DNA from: Candidatus Gottesmanbacteria bacterium GW2011_GWA2_43_14
Lineage (GTDB): Bacteria; Patescibacteriota; Microgenomatia; 2-02-FULL-39-11
NCBI GenBank assembly: GCA_000999095.1
Contig: LCFP01000001.1
Coordinates: 205,680-269,679, forward strand
Length of the DNA: 64,000 nt
Direction: 5' to 3'
A program made the position numbers and the translations under genes. Each line of letters begins with the position of its first letter. Within the stretch, counting starts at the first letter, position 1. This document shows, piece after piece, positions 27,874 to 36,550 of the stretch. The notes under the pieces are model-generated. The model had not been told where the DNA came from. It saw only the letters and a list, made by a program, of their open reading frames with translations, and made no database searches.

Positions 27874-28782
27874 TTAATCGTTAAGATACCTGCTTGATGC
27901 AAACAGGCTGCCGACAAAACCTATACCCAATCCGCAAGCAACAAGCAGCAGATAGAGAAGCAGGAACAAAGTCAGGTTTAAAGGCCAGATCAACAAAGTG
28001 AAACTGCCGGCAGATACAAGTTTTAAACTGCCGACACCTTTGAGAAATGAATCGGCATAAGGCTCAAGATAAAGCATCAGGAAAAAACTGATGACAAAAG
28101 CCATGGTGGCGCCTGCCAAACCGTAAAGTAGACCTTCTTTGATAAAAGGTTTTTTTATATACCAGTTGGTAGCACCGACCAGTCTGAGAATTTCGATTTC
28201 TTCCTTTTTATTGGCAATTTTCATGCTGACGGAAGTCAGCAGTATGAAAAAAGTCGACAGGATGAGAAAAAATACAAAAATAAAACCTACTTTACGGACG
28301 GTAGATGCCCAAACAATTAAGGTATCCACTACTTCCTTCTGAAAGACGACGTCCTCCACTCCTGGTTCCGAACGCACTGACTGGTATATCTCATCCAAAT
28401 ACTTTGGAGAAGTGGCTGAAACATCCAGTGAAGCAGGCAGGATGTCGGCTGTCACCATTTCCAAAAGCAAAGGGTCATCCTTGTTCTGCTCACGGTAAAT
28501 AGCCAGTGCTTCTTCCTTGGAAACGTACTTCGTGGAAAGGACTTTATCCGTGCTTTTAAGCTTTTCCGCAAATTTATCTATCGATGCCTTATCCTTGTCG
28601 TTGGAGAAAAAAACGGTTAATTGGGGCTTGGATTCGAAATAACCGACCAAAGCACTTGACGATGCAACCAGGAGCAGGAACAAACCCAACACAAACAGGG
28701 TGATGAACATCATAAACAACGAAGCCACAGTCTGATACGGCGTCCTTCTTAATCTCTGCCAAACCGAAATGGTCGAATACAT
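27874..28782 (-). CDS. ftsX: cell division permease-like protein FtsX
   Basis: Four TM segments, large extracellular loop after TM1. IEILRLVGATNWYIKKPFIKEG conserved FtsX block. Directly downstream of ftsE. Confidence 0.8.
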   Translation of the reverse strand: MYSTISVWQRLRRTPYQTVASLFMMFITLFVLGLFLLLVASSSALVGYFESKPQLTVFFSNDKDKASIDKFAEKLKSTDKVLSTKYVSKEEALAIYREQNKDDPLLLEMVTADILPASLDVSATSPKYLDEIYQSVRSEPGVEDVVFQKEVVDTLIVWASTVRKVGFIFVFFLILSTFFILLTSVSMKIANKKEEIEILRLVGATNWYIKKPFIKEGLLYGLAGATMAFVISFFLMLYLEPYADSFLKGVGSLKLVSAGSFTLLIWPLNLTLFLLLYLLLVACGLGIGFVGSLFASSRYLND

Positions 28783-28784
28783 AC

Positions 28785-29459
28785 TTATGAATACTTGCTT
28801 TTTTTCTGGTCCCTGATTATTTTGCCTTTGCTTATTTCGATCACTCTTTTTTTCATGCTGTTGACTATATCAACGTTATGGGATGCCATTATGACCGTTT
28901 TGCCCTGTTTGTTTATCTCAGTGATTATTTTAAGTATATCCCAGGATGTTTTCGGGTCCAGGTTGCCCGTCGGTTCATCAGCCAGGAGGATTTCCGTTTC
29001 GCCGGCGACTGCCCGGCCGATGGCTACTCTCTGCTGTTCACCCAGGGATAATTGTTTGGGGAAAAAATTGGCCTTTTCGGTCAAAAGTACTATATTCAGC
29101 ACTTCCCTGATTCTCTTGTCGATGTCGGCGGACTGCCTGTCCAAAATTTCCAGGGAAACGGCAACATTTTCTGCCACAGTACGGTCATTTAATAATTTAA
29201 AATCCTGGAAAACGAAACCGACTTTACGTCTGAGAAAGGGTACTCTTGATTTGGGTAACTTATTTACTTCCAGGTCGCTGACAAAGACAGAGCCTGATGA
29301 AGGCAGTAATTCCCGGTCAATCAGGCGGAGAATTGTGGTTTTGCCTGCTCCCGAGGAACCGACCAGGAAAACAAACTCCCCCTTGTCGATTTTGAAATTG
29401 ATATCCTCGACAGCAGTAGATTTACCGTATCTTTTGCTGACATTATCAAATAGGATCAT
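28785..29459 (-). CDS. ftsE: cell division ATP-binding protein FtsE
   Basis: Walker A GSSGAGKTT, ABC signature LSLGEQQRVAIGRA, Walker B ILLADEPTGNLD. 224 aa. Confidence 0.9.
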   Translation of the reverse strand: MILFDNVSKRYGKSTAVEDINFKIDKGEFVFLVGSSGAGKTTILRLIDRELLPSSGSVFVSDLEVNKLPKSRVPFLRRKVGFVFQDFKLLNDRTVAENVAVSLEILDRQSADIDKRIREVLNIVLLTEKANFFPKQLSLGEQQRVAIGRAVAGETEILLADEPTGNLDPKTSWDILKIITEINKQGKTVIMASHNVDIVNSMKKRVIEISKGKIIRDQKKSKYS

Positions 29460-29920
29460 CTGACAACTTCTACCTTACCGACGTCCATCAGCCAGCCGGC
29501 GGTTTGAGCGGCAAACGTCTCTCCCCAAACTTTTACCTGTTTACCTTCGAATTTCGAAAGATCCAAAACTGAAGATGTTAAAGCTACAGTCTGACTTTCC
29601 CCGCCCGGACGCTTCAACTGGTGGGTGCCCTCCCCGTCAACGCCTCCGGCGGAAAGTGTTCCTTCGGCACTGTCTTTAAATGTTTTACTGTCGGCCGAAC
29701 CGGCTATCTCAGTCTGGTCCGATCCGTCACCAAACAATCCTTCTCCTGTAGAGATTTTATTTGAGGATAGGCCGGACAAAAAGTAACCGCTGAGAACACC
29801 GGACATGACGAGGACAACTCCGAATGCAATGATTTTGTAAAAGGTTTTATTTGAATCCATTTGGTGCACCAGGGGGCGCCCGGAGTAATCTTTTACCGAT
29901 ATATTGTTTGAATCTGACAT
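29456..29920 (-). CDS. membrane-anchored hypothetical protein
   Basis: Single TM (FYKIIAFGVVLVMSGVLSGYFL) plus a Gly/Ser-rich ectodomain. ATGA-type overlap with ftsE. Confidence 0.4.
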   Translation of the reverse strand: MSDSNNISVKDYSGRPLVHQMDSNKTFYKIIAFGVVLVMSGVLSGYFLSGLSSNKISTGEGLFGDGSDQTEIAGSADSKTFKDSAEGTLSAGGVDGEGTHQLKRPGGESQTVALTSSVLDLSKFEGKQVKVWGETFAAQTAGWLMDVGKVEVVR

Positions 29921-29928
29921 AATCCTAA

Positions 29929-30945
29929 CTATACGACAGTTGAGAATTTTTTCAAGTAAGCAGTCAAAAATGGCTCGATATGACCATCTAAAACGCTTTT
30001 ACTGTCGGACGTCTCGTGCCCGGTACGCAAATCCTTTACCATGTGGTAAGGATGCAAAACATATGAGCGGATTTGATTGCCCCAGGAGGCCAGTTTAAAT
30101 TTTCCTTTAAGGTCGGACAGGTGCTTCACCTTTTCCTGTTCCATCAATTGCCAAAGCTTACCCCGCAAAAGTTTCAGGGCTGTTTCCCGGTTCTGGCCCT
30201 GGTAACGCTGTTCCTGGCATTCAACAATGATTCCGGTCGGTTTATGTTTCAGTCTGACAGCAGTTGACACCTTGTTGACGTTTTGGCCGCCTTTGCCTCC
30301 TGAACGGAAAAAGTCCCATTCCAAATCATCTTCCTTAATCTCAACTTCCTGGTTATTCTCAATTACCGGGATTACCTCAACCAGGGCAAATGAAGTCTGC
30401 CTCAGTTTATCGGCATTAAAAGGCGACTGACGTACCAGACGGTGGGCTCCCGACTCTCCTTTCAGATATCCGTAGGCTAAAAATTCGGGCACGGTAATGG
30501 TCACGCTTTTGATGCCGGCTTCGTCGCCTCCGACCTCGTCTACCAGTTCAAAATGCCAGCCTTTGGATTCAATATACCTCAGATACATACGCATCAGCAT
30601 TTCAGCCCAGTCCATGGCTTCTGTTCCTCCCTGGCCGGCATGGATAGACAGGATGGCTCCCTCGGTATCATGGGGTCCGGAGAAAAACAGGTCGAACTCC
30701 AGCTTCTCCATTTTATCGCGGGCCGATTGAGAATCGCCGGATGCAATCAGCTGGGCAATTTCTTCGACAGACTTGATCTGTTTGGTTAAAACAGCCAGTT
30801 CTTTCATCACTGCCGTTGATTTTTCACGGTCAGACCAAAAAGCGGGATCAGCGGAAGACGTCTCGATTTCAGCCACCCTCCGTTTTTTTTCTTCTATTTT
30901 GAGTTTGCCGGAAAGCTCCGACAGGCGTGTTTCTTCAGCGGTCAT
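29929..30945 (-). CDS. prfB: peptide chain release factor 2
   Basis: SPF motif ([17 protein letters not shown]), GGQ ([14 protein letters not shown]), RF2-type domain order. The start is probably MTAEETRL (30945) rather than the ORF-track start at 30996. There is no in-frame UGA or CTT-TGA-C shifty site, so no programmed +1 frameshift. Confidence 0.8.
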   Translation of the reverse strand: MTAEETRLSELSGKLKIEEKKRRVAEIETSSADPAFWSDREKSTAVMKELAVLTKQIKSVEEIAQLIASGDSQSARDKMEKLEFDLFFSGPHDTEGAILSIHAGQGGTEAMDWAEMLMRMYLRYIESKGWHFELVDEVGGDEAGIKSVTITVPEFLAYGYLKGESGAHRLVRQSPFNADKLRQTSFALVEVIPVIENNQEVEIKEDDLEWDFFRSGGKGGQNVNKVSTAVRLKHKPTGIIVECQEQRYQGQNRETALKLLRGKLWQLMEQEKVKHLSDLKGKFKLASWGNQIRSYVLHPYHMVKDLRTGHETSDSKSVLDGHIEPFLTAYLKKFSTVV

Positions 30946-30955
30946 GGAAGTAATT

Positions 30956-30964
30956 AGTATACCA
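30956..30964 (-). promoter_or_regulatory. candidate extended -10 element TGGTATACT upstream of prfB (would give a near-leaderless mRNA)
   Basis: TGnTATACT sits 10 nt upstream of the MTAEE ATG. An identical TGGTATACT is found 18 nt upstream of the 21095 start (21068..21076, plus strand). Confidence 0.25.
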
Positions 30965-30974
30965 TAAAATGAGG

Positions 30975-32267
30975 CTAGAAAAGATAACTGACCCAATCGG
31001 CCAATTGGCCATCTGTCACAGCCTCCATTTTAGTTTCGATCCTCCCCCATTCTTCACTGTTGCGGCCCGGAGGCATAGGTAAATATATCAATTCATTCCC
31101 AGCCAGTTTTTCCCAGGCATAATCGCGGCGGGCTTTTTTATATTTTTTGCCCTGATATTTGTAGACGGCAAATTCATTCTCAATTTTAAGATTGTTTATT
31201 AAATCGCGATTCCGCAGACTCAATTGGGTGCCCATAATTGCTTCATCACCCGGGGGCGGTAATGGTAAATCAAGACCGGAAAATTCGGCAAAATGGTAAG
31301 CCAAAAGCGGAATACGGCCTACAGCTCTTTCCAGATAACTGTAAAAGGAAGACGAAGCCGTCAAACGGGGATTGATTTCCGACAAACTCACTTTGCCTGA
31401 ATTTTTTTCTACAAAAAAATCCAATCCGAAAAATCCCCGGAAACCCAACTTACTGATTATTTTAGCTGTTGTTTCTGAAATTTCTTTAATTGCTTTAATT
31501 TGTTCCTCCGTAAGCTGTGATGCCGGCCATTGCCGGCCGCAGGTGGCAGCAGGGTTGGACGACAACAGGGCAAAACCATTTATCTGTATCGCCGGCGGCC
31601 CAATCAATAACCGGCCTCGGTAAAGGCAACAGTTGTTTAAAAAAGTTAAGGCATCAATTTTCCTGGTAATTCTGACTTTGGTTTCGGGAAAACGGTTTTT
31701 AAGCTTATTGAATTGCGCCCCTGTGTCAATAAAAAAAGTATTTTTGCCTGCCCATCCGAAGGCGAATTGAACCGTCAAAGGCAATCCGAACTTAGCTTCC
31801 AAGCGGGCGAAATTAAACTCCGACAGGCTGCCTGTTTCGGAATCCAGCAAATATTGCTCAAACCCGGCCAAAAGGACCGGCAGGTTAAGTTTGCTTTCCA
31901 ATTCCCTGTTTAATTCCGCTACGGTTCCGATTATCCCGTAGCCTTTTTTCCGGATTATCATTTCGGTTTTTAATGAAGGCTTAAAAAAAGCAATCTGCGG
32001 CTTATTGCCGCCTTTTTCAGCCAGGTAACGGGCAACCTGCGGATGGTCCAAGAGCCGGCCGGAATTATTCGGAAGTATCGCTTCCCCAGTCTCCTCCCCA
32101 AGGCAAAAAATCCGGACTCCTTTTTTTCTCAAAACCGGAATTAGCTCATCACGGAAGCTGACAATCAAATGATACTGCGGCAGCAGGTCTTCCAGACCCA
32201 AACCTCTTTTGATATCGGGCGTGACAAAAAAAATCGGCTTGTTAAATTTTTGCTGCCATTTATCCAT
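30975..32267 (-). CDS. ATP-grasp superfamily ligase, unknown substrate
   Basis: The C-terminal half carries ATP-grasp blocks: [36 protein letters not shown] (E-x-N-x-R). The N-terminal 200 aa match no domain I recognise. Confidence 0.55.
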   Translation of the reverse strand: MDKWQQKFNKPIFFVTPDIKRGLGLEDLLPQYHLIVSFRDELIPVLRKKGVRIFCLGEETGEAILPNNSGRLLDHPQVARYLAEKGGNKPQIAFFKPSLKTEMIIRKKGYGIIGTVAELNRELESKLNLPVLLAGFEQYLLDSETGSLSEFNFARLEAKFGLPLTVQFAFGWAGKNTFFIDTGAQFNKLKNRFPETKVRITRKIDALTFLNNCCLYRGRLLIGPPAIQINGFALLSSNPAATCGRQWPASQLTEEQIKAIKEISETTAKIISKLGFRGFFGLDFFVEKNSGKVSLSEINPRLTASSSFYSYLERAVGRIPLLAYHFAEFSGLDLPLPPPGDEAIMGTQLSLRNRDLINNLKIENEFAVYKYQGKKYKKARRDYAWEKLAGNELIYLPMPPGRNSEEWGRIETKMEAVTDGQLADWVSYLF

Positions 32268-33129
32268 AATGCTTTCCGGTTAAAATTACCACAGTTCTGC
32301 CCAGACGGAACCCTGAGACCTGTGCTTTCTTTACGGCTGCATAAGCGGCAGCTCCCTCAAAAGATGTCTCAAAACCCAGCCTGTCCAGTTCAGTTTTGGC
32401 TTCTTCCATCTGTAGGTTTTGAATTACCCAGCCGCTTCCTGACGAATCGCGGATGATATGAAGGAGTTCTTTTTCCCTGGGCAGACTGCGTGCCACAATA
32501 CCTTCGGCCAGACTTTCCGTTTCCGGTGTAAAGTCGTGGTCAAAATGAGCCGCCAAAGGATTTATCCTGGAAGTCTGCACTGCATGGAAACGGGGCAACC
32601 GGCCGCTTTTTTTGAAGCCGTCATAAATACCTTTCATGGCCGTACCGCTCGAGACGGGCAGAAAAATATCATCGGGAATTCCCGCACTTTCAGTCAGCTC
32701 AAAACTGACAGTTTCGAATCCAACGGGTGCTTCGGTATCGGTAGACTGCCGCAGGTTATGGGCTTTATCCCAGAGTGCGGTTTGAAAGGCGGAACTTACA
32801 GGCCGTGGGGTGATAACAACTTCAGCCTGTTTTTTTAGGATATCAAGCTTGGTTATGTTTATTTTGGGTGAAACAAAAACCGTCAGGTCAATTCCGGCCA
32901 ATCTGCAGTAAGCTGCAGCTGAGATACCGGCATTACCCGAGCTTGAAATGACCGCTTTTTTTATTTTTCTTTCAAAAAGTCTGGAAATCTGGAAACATAA
33001 ACCCCGGTCTTTTATTGAACCGGTAGGATTTTCGTATTCGCATTTGAAAAACAAACCGTTTTTCTCCGCAAGCGGAGTATCACCTTCATTAAGGCTTAAC
33101 CTGTACTCTTCAGGCACACGGGGCAGCAT
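32260..33129 (-). CDS. PLP-dependent enzyme, fold type II (threonine synthase / cysteine synthase / TrpB family)
   Basis: NPTGSIKDRG (PLP-lysine motif) and ISSSGNAG (glycine-rich phosphate-binding motif). 8-bp overlap with the ATP-grasp gene suggests an operon. Confidence 0.7.
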   Translation of the reverse strand: MLPRVPEEYRLSLNEGDTPLAEKNGLFFKCEYENPTGSIKDRGLCFQISRLFERKIKKAVISSSGNAGISAAAYCRLAGIDLTVFVSPKINITKLDILKKQAEVVITPRPVSSAFQTALWDKAHNLRQSTDTEAPVGFETVSFELTESAGIPDDIFLPVSSGTAMKGIYDGFKKSGRLPRFHAVQTSRINPLAAHFDHDFTPETESLAEGIVARSLPREKELLHIIRDSSGSGWVIQNLQMEEAKTELDRLGFETSFEGAAAYAAVKKAQVSGFRLGRTVVILTGKHYG

Positions 33130-33199
33130 CGCGGCATATTTCCAAAGTCCTGAATCAACTTGTTTACCCTTTGTATCTATGGTTTAATTATATCTTTAG

Positions 33200-33376
33200 A
33201 TGGGTCCTTCTCAAAATCAGATTGCCAAATTTGTCTGTCCGGAATGCAATAATCCCCTTGTAAAAGACAGGGAGATAAAAATCGGAATACTTCTGGAATG
33301 TCCCTCCTGCGGAACTGAAATCGAAGTTGTCTCGGTCAATCCCCTGAAACTCGCCCCCCTGGAAGAAGAGAAGTAA
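33200..33376 (+). CDS. LysW-like zinc-ribbon amino-group carrier protein homolog (58 aa). Unannotated because it is below the 60-aa cutoff.
   Basis: MGPSQNQIAKFVCPECNNPLVKDREIKIGILLECPSCGTEIEVVSVNPLKLAPLEEEK. Two CPxCG knuckles about 20 residues apart, then EIEVVS.NPL.L.P and an acidic tail. This is the LysW/ArgW architecture as I recall it, but the terminal EDWGE is replaced by EEEK. Confidence 0.55.
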   Translation: MGPSQNQIAKFVCPECNNPLVKDREIKIGILLECPSCGTEIEVVSVNPLKLAPLEEEK

Positions 33377-34624
33377 CGATTTTCCTCAGTGATATTTTCC
33401 CTTTGACGAACAGGCTGTAGAAATTGGCAGCAGCCGGTGAAACAAGCAAAGTTCCGTCGGGCGGTAAAGATTTTAAACCGCAAACGACTGCCTTCTCCAG
33501 ATTTTCAGCACGGGTTATGTCATCAGGAGCATTTCCTGCCATTTCGCTCGGAAGAAGAATAATTTTTATCCCTGATTTGTGCTTTTAATGTCATCGATAA
33601 TTTTTACACCGTTTACGGAACCTATTTCTTCTACCCTGGCGGTTAAGCCTTGAGACTTGACGATAGCTTTAAAGATGGTGTTGTCGGTTATACCGTAAAT
33701 TTTTGCTGTGGTCGATGCAGCCAATACATTTTCAGGATAATGGACACTTTTTATATTCAATATTTGGTCATAAATTTTACGGATACTTTCCGTATTCATA
33801 TTTCTATCTTTTAGGCTGTAATAAAACCTTTTTGACATTAAACCTTCTGTTTGACGCCTTAATTCATCATTGTCATAATTGATGACACTATTGCCTTCTT
33901 TTCCCTGCCGGCGGACCAGGGTTAATTTCAATTTCAGGTAAGACTCCCAGTCCAGCTCATCCAGATGGTTGGGGAAAAGATTGGTGACCACAACTGTTGC
34001 CGGCGGACGGCTAAAACCGTCTGCCAGCTGGCGGTGTGACACTTCCAAAACCAGAAAATCATCGGGTTTCATCCGCTTCAACTTGTCCACCGGCTGAACC
34101 TTCCAGGTTTCATTCCCGGCAAAAAATGAATTTCTGCCGCTTTCCCTGAAAATTTCAGTCAATAAAGAGGCGGTTGAACCCTTGCCCACTGTTCCTGTGA
34201 CCGCCACAACCTGGGCCTTCGCGAAATCCAGATATATCCTGGTCAGCGAATAAAACGGGATTTTTCCCTTTAAATCAAAAAGCGGCCGGTTTTGGCTATA
34301 TAACTTCCAGGATTGGGAGACAAAAATTATATCGGCCTTTTCAATGTCTTTTAGATAGTCCCTGCCGTCATAAAAGCGTACTTTGCCCAAATTTTGACTG
34401 AAGCGGCGGAAGAGTTTCTGCCGTATGTCCGTATCGATACCCTTATGCCAGATTTTAAAGTTTTTTTCCAGTTTATCATCTGAAATAAAATCATGAGCGG
34501 TAATATTCTTTGCTCCAAAATCGCTTAAGAGGTTTAAAATGCCGGAGCCTTCACTGCCGGTCACGCCCACTATATGGATATTTGATTTTCCGATTCTTTT
34601 GAGAAAGTCACCGAGTTTTTCCAT
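33336..34624 (-). CDS. murD: Mur-ligase family protein, MurD-like, interrupted by an apparent 1-nt frameshift in a GGG/AAAAA tract near 33545-33570 (two ORFs: 33566..34624 and 33336..33542)
   Basis: N-terminal Rossmann motif IHIVGVTGSEGSG. VTGTVGKGST (Mur ligase P-loop). IDDIKSTNQG (MurD NDSKATN) then a stop. The shifted frame continues GIKIILLPSEMAGNAPDDI...DGTLLVSPAAANFYSLF, which corresponds to the MurD C-terminal D.VLLSPACASFDQF block. The fused length of about 429 aa is typical for MurD. Confidence 0.6.
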
Positions 34625-34634
34625 TTTGTATTAA

Positions 34635-35339
34635 TCAATTTAAAATCTTGAGCCGGAATACCCCGTCTCCCCTTACGGGCTTAAAATATTTATTCAAATT
34701 GCCTCCTGCCCTGGCTTTTTCCAGCCATCTTTGTTCGGAAAGATCTTTTCCGGGCTTTATGATCTTAATTTCTCCGTAATGGACACCCTGTATTTCAGTC
34801 AGTTGCGAAGAAGCGTGAGCATATACAATATTGTCAGCGTTTACCTCCGATATTAAAGCAACATGACGCCCGCCGTTCAACCGCAGATTGTCGCCGAAAC
34901 GGATATCCTCAATCCGTTCTATCTTAAGGCAGGCAGATCCTGAGGTCAGTTTGTCCGCATTGGTCCTGTTGATCCCTCCGGGGAAAATCTCCTCCATCTT
35001 GGGATCTGCAGTATTGCCGTATTTATTTGCTATCAATAAATTCCAAACTCTGTAAACAAAACCGGAACAATCGATCCCCAGGCGGTTTTGTTTAGCCAGG
35101 CGCCTGACTTTATCGGCATTAGAGGCTATTATCCGGCTGTTTTCTGTTTGAGACAGCAATTTTAATAATTCTTTTCTGATAGCAGAGGCTTCCCCTTTTC
35201 CGTTTAAAAATCCTCTGACGGTTACAAATCCTCCGGTAATTTTATTGGACCAGTAAGGGCAATTGTGTCTGACACCAAAAAGATCCATTGAGGCGTACTC
35301 TTCTATGAATTTACGCGCCATCTGTCTTATTTTATCCAT
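34635..35339 (-). CDS. NlpC/P60-superfamily (papain-like) protein, no signal peptide
   Basis: GIDCSGFVYRVW (catalytic Cys context) and GRHVALISE (His). The assignment is tentative. Confidence 0.4.
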   Translation of the reverse strand: MDKIRQMARKFIEEYASMDLFGVRHNCPYWSNKITGGFVTVRGFLNGKGEASAIRKELLKLLSQTENSRIIASNADKVRRLAKQNRLGIDCSGFVYRVWNLLIANKYGNTADPKMEEIFPGGINRTNADKLTSGSACLKIERIEDIRFGDNLRLNGGRHVALISEVNADNIVYAHASSQLTEIQGVHYGEIKIIKPGKDLSEQRWLEKARAGGNLNKYFKPVRGDGVFRLKILN

Positions 35340-35340
35340 A

Positions 35341-35970
35341 TTATAAAAACGCCAGTGAAAAAAAACCGACGGAAAAACCCAGAAAAATTCCACCGGTTAC
35401 ATCGGAAAACCAGTGCTCACCCAAATAGATCCTAGTGTAGAACATGGCTGTAAATATAACAAAAATTGCCAGGTAAGCCGCTAATTTTGAGCTTTTTTTT
35501 CCGCAGAAAAGCCGCAATAGGATAACGGTTAAAAAGGCAGTCCTGGCCATATGACCTGACGGAAAAGAATAATTGGTCTGGATAATATAACTGGAAGGCA
35601 AGTGCAAATTCAGAATATTTTTGAAAAAAAACAAGGGGGGTTTCGGATGGTAGATAAGAAGTTTGCCCAGCAGTTCCAGCGGATACATCAGCATATAGAT
35701 AAAAATGCCCAGAAAAAGATGTTTCCTTCGGAAAACAAGGTACATAAAAACGGACAAAAGCAAAAAGAGGGTCACTTCGCTTGATGCCAAAAGGGTCAGT
35801 AAGGCAAAAGGTAAATCCAGTTTTTCCGGTGTTAATTTCTGCAGCATTACCATGGACCGGTAGTCAAAATTACGGAAAAGGTCACGGTGCACTATCAGAC
35901 TGAGAAAAACAAAGGATAGGAAAAACAACAGGGAGGCGGTAAGGTAATATATCCTTTTCGGATTACTCAC
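35341..35970 (-). CDS. PAP2-family lipid phosphatase (membrane)
   Basis: PSGHMARTAF and RIYLGEHWFSDV match PAP2 motifs 2 and 3 (PSGH; SR.....H...D). Six TM helices. Confidence 0.7.
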   Translation of the reverse strand: MSNPKRIYYLTASLLFFLSFVFLSLIVHRDLFRNFDYRSMVMLQKLTPEKLDLPFALLTLLASSEVTLFLLLSVFMYLVFRRKHLFLGIFIYMLMYPLELLGKLLIYHPKPPLFFFKNILNLHLPSSYIIQTNYSFPSGHMARTAFLTVILLRLFCGKKSSKLAAYLAIFVIFTAMFYTRIYLGEHWFSDVTGGIFLGFSVGFFSLAFL

Positions 35971-36550
35971 TTTCTTCGTCCTCCCATTTATACAAATTGT
36001 CCCTGATTTTCACGGTCAGGAAACAGCCTGTCTTGAGATAATGCTTTCTCTTGAAATTCCAGGTAAATTCCTTATTCCGGCTGTAGGCATTAAATATCAT
36101 GATGGGATCCCCGTGGGAAACCACCAGAATCTTCTCCCCGGGATACTTTTTTGCTATCCTTTTCACAAACCGCTGCATACGCGCTGCTATTACAGATATC
36201 GACTCCTGCCCCTTTTTTATATTCTCTTCCGCATAAAGCACAGTTTGGATTTTCTCATGGTAATAAGTCAACGGAATGTTCTCGAAAATAGTATCAACTT
36301 CGACCAGAAGACCGGATATCCGCGGTTTTACTCCCACTGTCCCGGCTATTATGGCGCCTGTCTGGCGTGTTCTTAACAAAGGACTTGTAAAGATGCGGTC
36401 TATGTCTTTCTTTTTTAGTTTACTGGCAGCGAGCATTGCCTCCCGGCGGCCTTTTTCAGACAATCCGAAACGCGGCTGCCGGCCGTAGAGAACCCTCTTG
36501 GGATTATGGACTTCGCCATGGCGCATGAATATTAATGTTGTTGTTTTCAT
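35963..36550 (-). CDS. histidine phosphatase (phosphoglycerate-mutase-like) family protein
   Basis: N-terminal LIFMRHGEV (RHG catalytic motif) and downstream SHGDPI. Confidence 0.75.
   Translation of the reverse strand: MKTTTLIFMRHGEVHNPKRVLYGRQPRFGLSEKGRREAMLAASKLKKKDIDRIFTSPLLRTRQTGAIIAGTVGVKPRISGLLVEVDTIFENIPLTYYHEKIQTVLYAEENIKKGQESISVIAARMQRFVKRIAKKYPGEKILVVSHGDPIMIFNAYSRNKEFTWNFKRKHYLKTGCFLTVKIRDNLYKWEDEESE

Noticed and set aside
28795-29463. 222-aa plus-strand ORF antisense to ftsE
   Set aside because: It is fully contained within the strongly supported ftsE gene, which has Walker A/B and an ABC signature. Its translation has no motifs and biased composition.
29929-30996. Programmed +1 frameshift site in prfB
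   Set aside because: I searched the 5' region for CTT TGA C or any in-frame TGA and found none. The reading frame is continuous.
32695-32730. tRNA-like GTTTCGAATCC (T-loop-like) string
   Set aside because: It lies inside the fold-II PLP enzyme CDS and has no acceptor stem or anticodon arm around it. I found no convincing tRNA anywhere in the window.
33130-33199. Riboswitch or leader in the 70-bp divergent intergenic region between the PLP/ATP-grasp operon and the lysW-like gene
   Set aside because: It is too short and AT-rich, with no recognisable conserved riboswitch core. It more likely holds divergent promoters only.
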